From Azolla caroliniana (lineage: Eukaryota > Plantae > Polypodiophyta): DNA of 64,000 bases. How positions within the stretch are numbered: position 1 is the first letter of the stretch; the number at the start of each line of letters is the position of its first letter. The position numbers and the translations under genes are program-made. This document shows, piece by piece, positions 62,401-64,000 of the stretch. The notes beneath the pieces were generated by a model. That model saw nothing but the letters and a program-made list of their open reading frames with translations. It had not been told where the DNA came from and did no database searches. The stretch spans positions 14,012,001 to 14,076,000 of the forward strand of contig JBHGNT010000012.1 in assembly GCA_043228905.1 (NCBI GenBank). The letters run 5' to 3'.

Positions 62401-64000
62401 CATGGCCTGGACTTCGGATCTAGCTTTGCTCTCTTGTCCTTTGCAACATGCACATATGCGAGACACCCGAACACCTTCAGATACCGGTAAGATACATCTT
62501 TACCGGTCCATACTTTTTGAGGTGAGTCTCCTTCCAAGGGTGCTGAGGGTGATCTATTTATCACATAGGTCGCCGTCGTCAGTGCCTCAACCCAAAACGT
62601 CTTGGGTAACTTTGCATGTGCTAGCATGCTTCGGACTCTCTCCATTATGGTTTGGTTCATCCTTTCAATCAACCCGTTTAGTTCCGGCGTCTTCGACACA
62701 GTAAACTTGAGCCGGATTCGCTTCGACCGGCAGTACTCCTCAAACTACCCCCGATATTCTCCTCTGTTATCTGCTTGAACCGCCTTCAACTTCCGGCCAG
62801 TTTCTCTTTCCACTCTCGTGTGGAGCTCCTTGAAGATGGATAGCACCTAGTCCTTCGTCTTCAATGGTGAGACCCACAACTTCCGGTTGTGGTAATCTAT
62901 GAACGTCACGAAGTACTGCGATCCGTCATGTGACTTCGTGTCCACTTGACACACATCGGTATGCATCAACTCCGGTGGTGCATTCCATCTCATCAGTGGT
63001 CTTGACCGGAAGGAGGTTCGGTTTTTCTTTCCGGCCAAGCAATCAGTGCACTTCTCAAGTTGCACGTCCTTCACCGGAATGAGGTTGTCTTCGGCAAACC
63101 TCTTCATCCCCTTCTCACTCATTTGACACAGTCTTTTGTGCCACAGCTCACTAGTAGTGTCGGATGCTATGTTCACTTCTTCATGGCATATCTGGGCATT
63201 CATGAAGTACAATGTGTTGATCTTCTGGGCTTGAGCTACTATCAAGCTTCCCTTGTTGAACTTCATAACACCGTTCCGGATGTTGCCCATGTAGCCTTCA
63301 TCATCTAGCCGACCGGCTGATATCAGGTTCAGTCGAACCTCTAGAACGTTTCGGACATCCTTCATCAACAATTTGCATCCGGTTGATGTCATCAACAACA
63401 CATCTCCTATGCCGATAATTCGGCATGTACCTTCATTCCCCATCTCGACACAACCATGATCACCAATTGTGTAAGATGAGAAGCATTTCCGATCCGGTGT
63501 CAGGTGAAACGACGCTTCGGAATAGACAACCCATGTTGTCTCATCGCCAACAAGGTTTAACTCATTCTCTTTGGTAATGAGCATCAATTGTTCTTCACTT
63601 GTCGTGATTGCCAATGTTCCCTTCCGATCCAGGCCTCTCCGGTCCGAACCGTTTCGGTCCAAACTCTTCTTCAAATCGGTAGTGCCGGTTTCTTTCTCCT
63701 TCCGGAAATGCCGACAATTCTTCTGGAAGTGTCCCAGCTTCCCACTATAGAAGCATGTGGGCCTCCCCCTTGACTTCGAGCTCATCCCCGATTTGTCCCG
63801 ATTTTGGGGACTTCGATACCGGCCTCTTCCCCGGTTGTGGTCATCTTCCGTGACCAAGGCCTTTGGATCGGTTCCGAACTCCTGGTCCTTCCGGCGAGCT
63901 TCTTCATCTAGCAAGCTTGATTTTATCCTTGCTAGGACAACTGTTTTCCTTCCGACCCGGTGTTGCCCAACGTGACAACTAACGTCTCCCAACTATCCGG
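59479..64000 (-). mobile_element. Ty1/copia element (Tnt1/Tork-like), 3' LTR 59479-60179, runs off the window
   Basis: PPT AAGGGGGAGAT then TGTTGGG; LDEEARRK, LWHKRL, MHTDVC, ELNG, LYVDDML, CTRPDI, TDSD motifs; frameshifts. Confidence 0.9.
60435..60852. repeat. 209-bp tandem duplication in copia RNase H
   Basis: 60435-60643 is repeated at 60644-60852 with one mismatch seen. Confidence 0.9.

Overview
Eukaryotic, transposon-rich land-plant nuclear DNA, probably a non-seed plant such as a fern (inferred from the repeat families, not proven). One intact-looking host gene is present: a 5-exon TON1-recruiting-motif (TRM/LONGIFOLIA-like, DUF4378) gene on the minus strand at 5880-9659. The rest is a stack of nested elements: LINE 3' ends, a hAT-type MITE, tRNA-Trp-primed Ty3/gypsy elements (full-length and non-autonomous), Athila/Tat-like gypsy copies with a long extra 3' ORF, and copia elements. 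The highlight is a 9.0-kb DNA transposon at 32164-41183 with ~36-bp TIRs and a TTGG TSD. It carries an intact Sola-like DDE transposase with a C-terminal BAH-like domain. Divergently, it carries a 6-exon gene for a ParB/Srx-like domain fused to a prokaryote-type beta-class N6-adenine/N4-cytosine DNA methyltransferase, whose first intron holds five phased palindromes. Also notable: a -1 frameshift site with an H-type pseudoknot, tRNA-like modules in related LTRs, and 4-bp CG-centred TSDs. All family assignments come from motif recognition by eye; no database searches were run.
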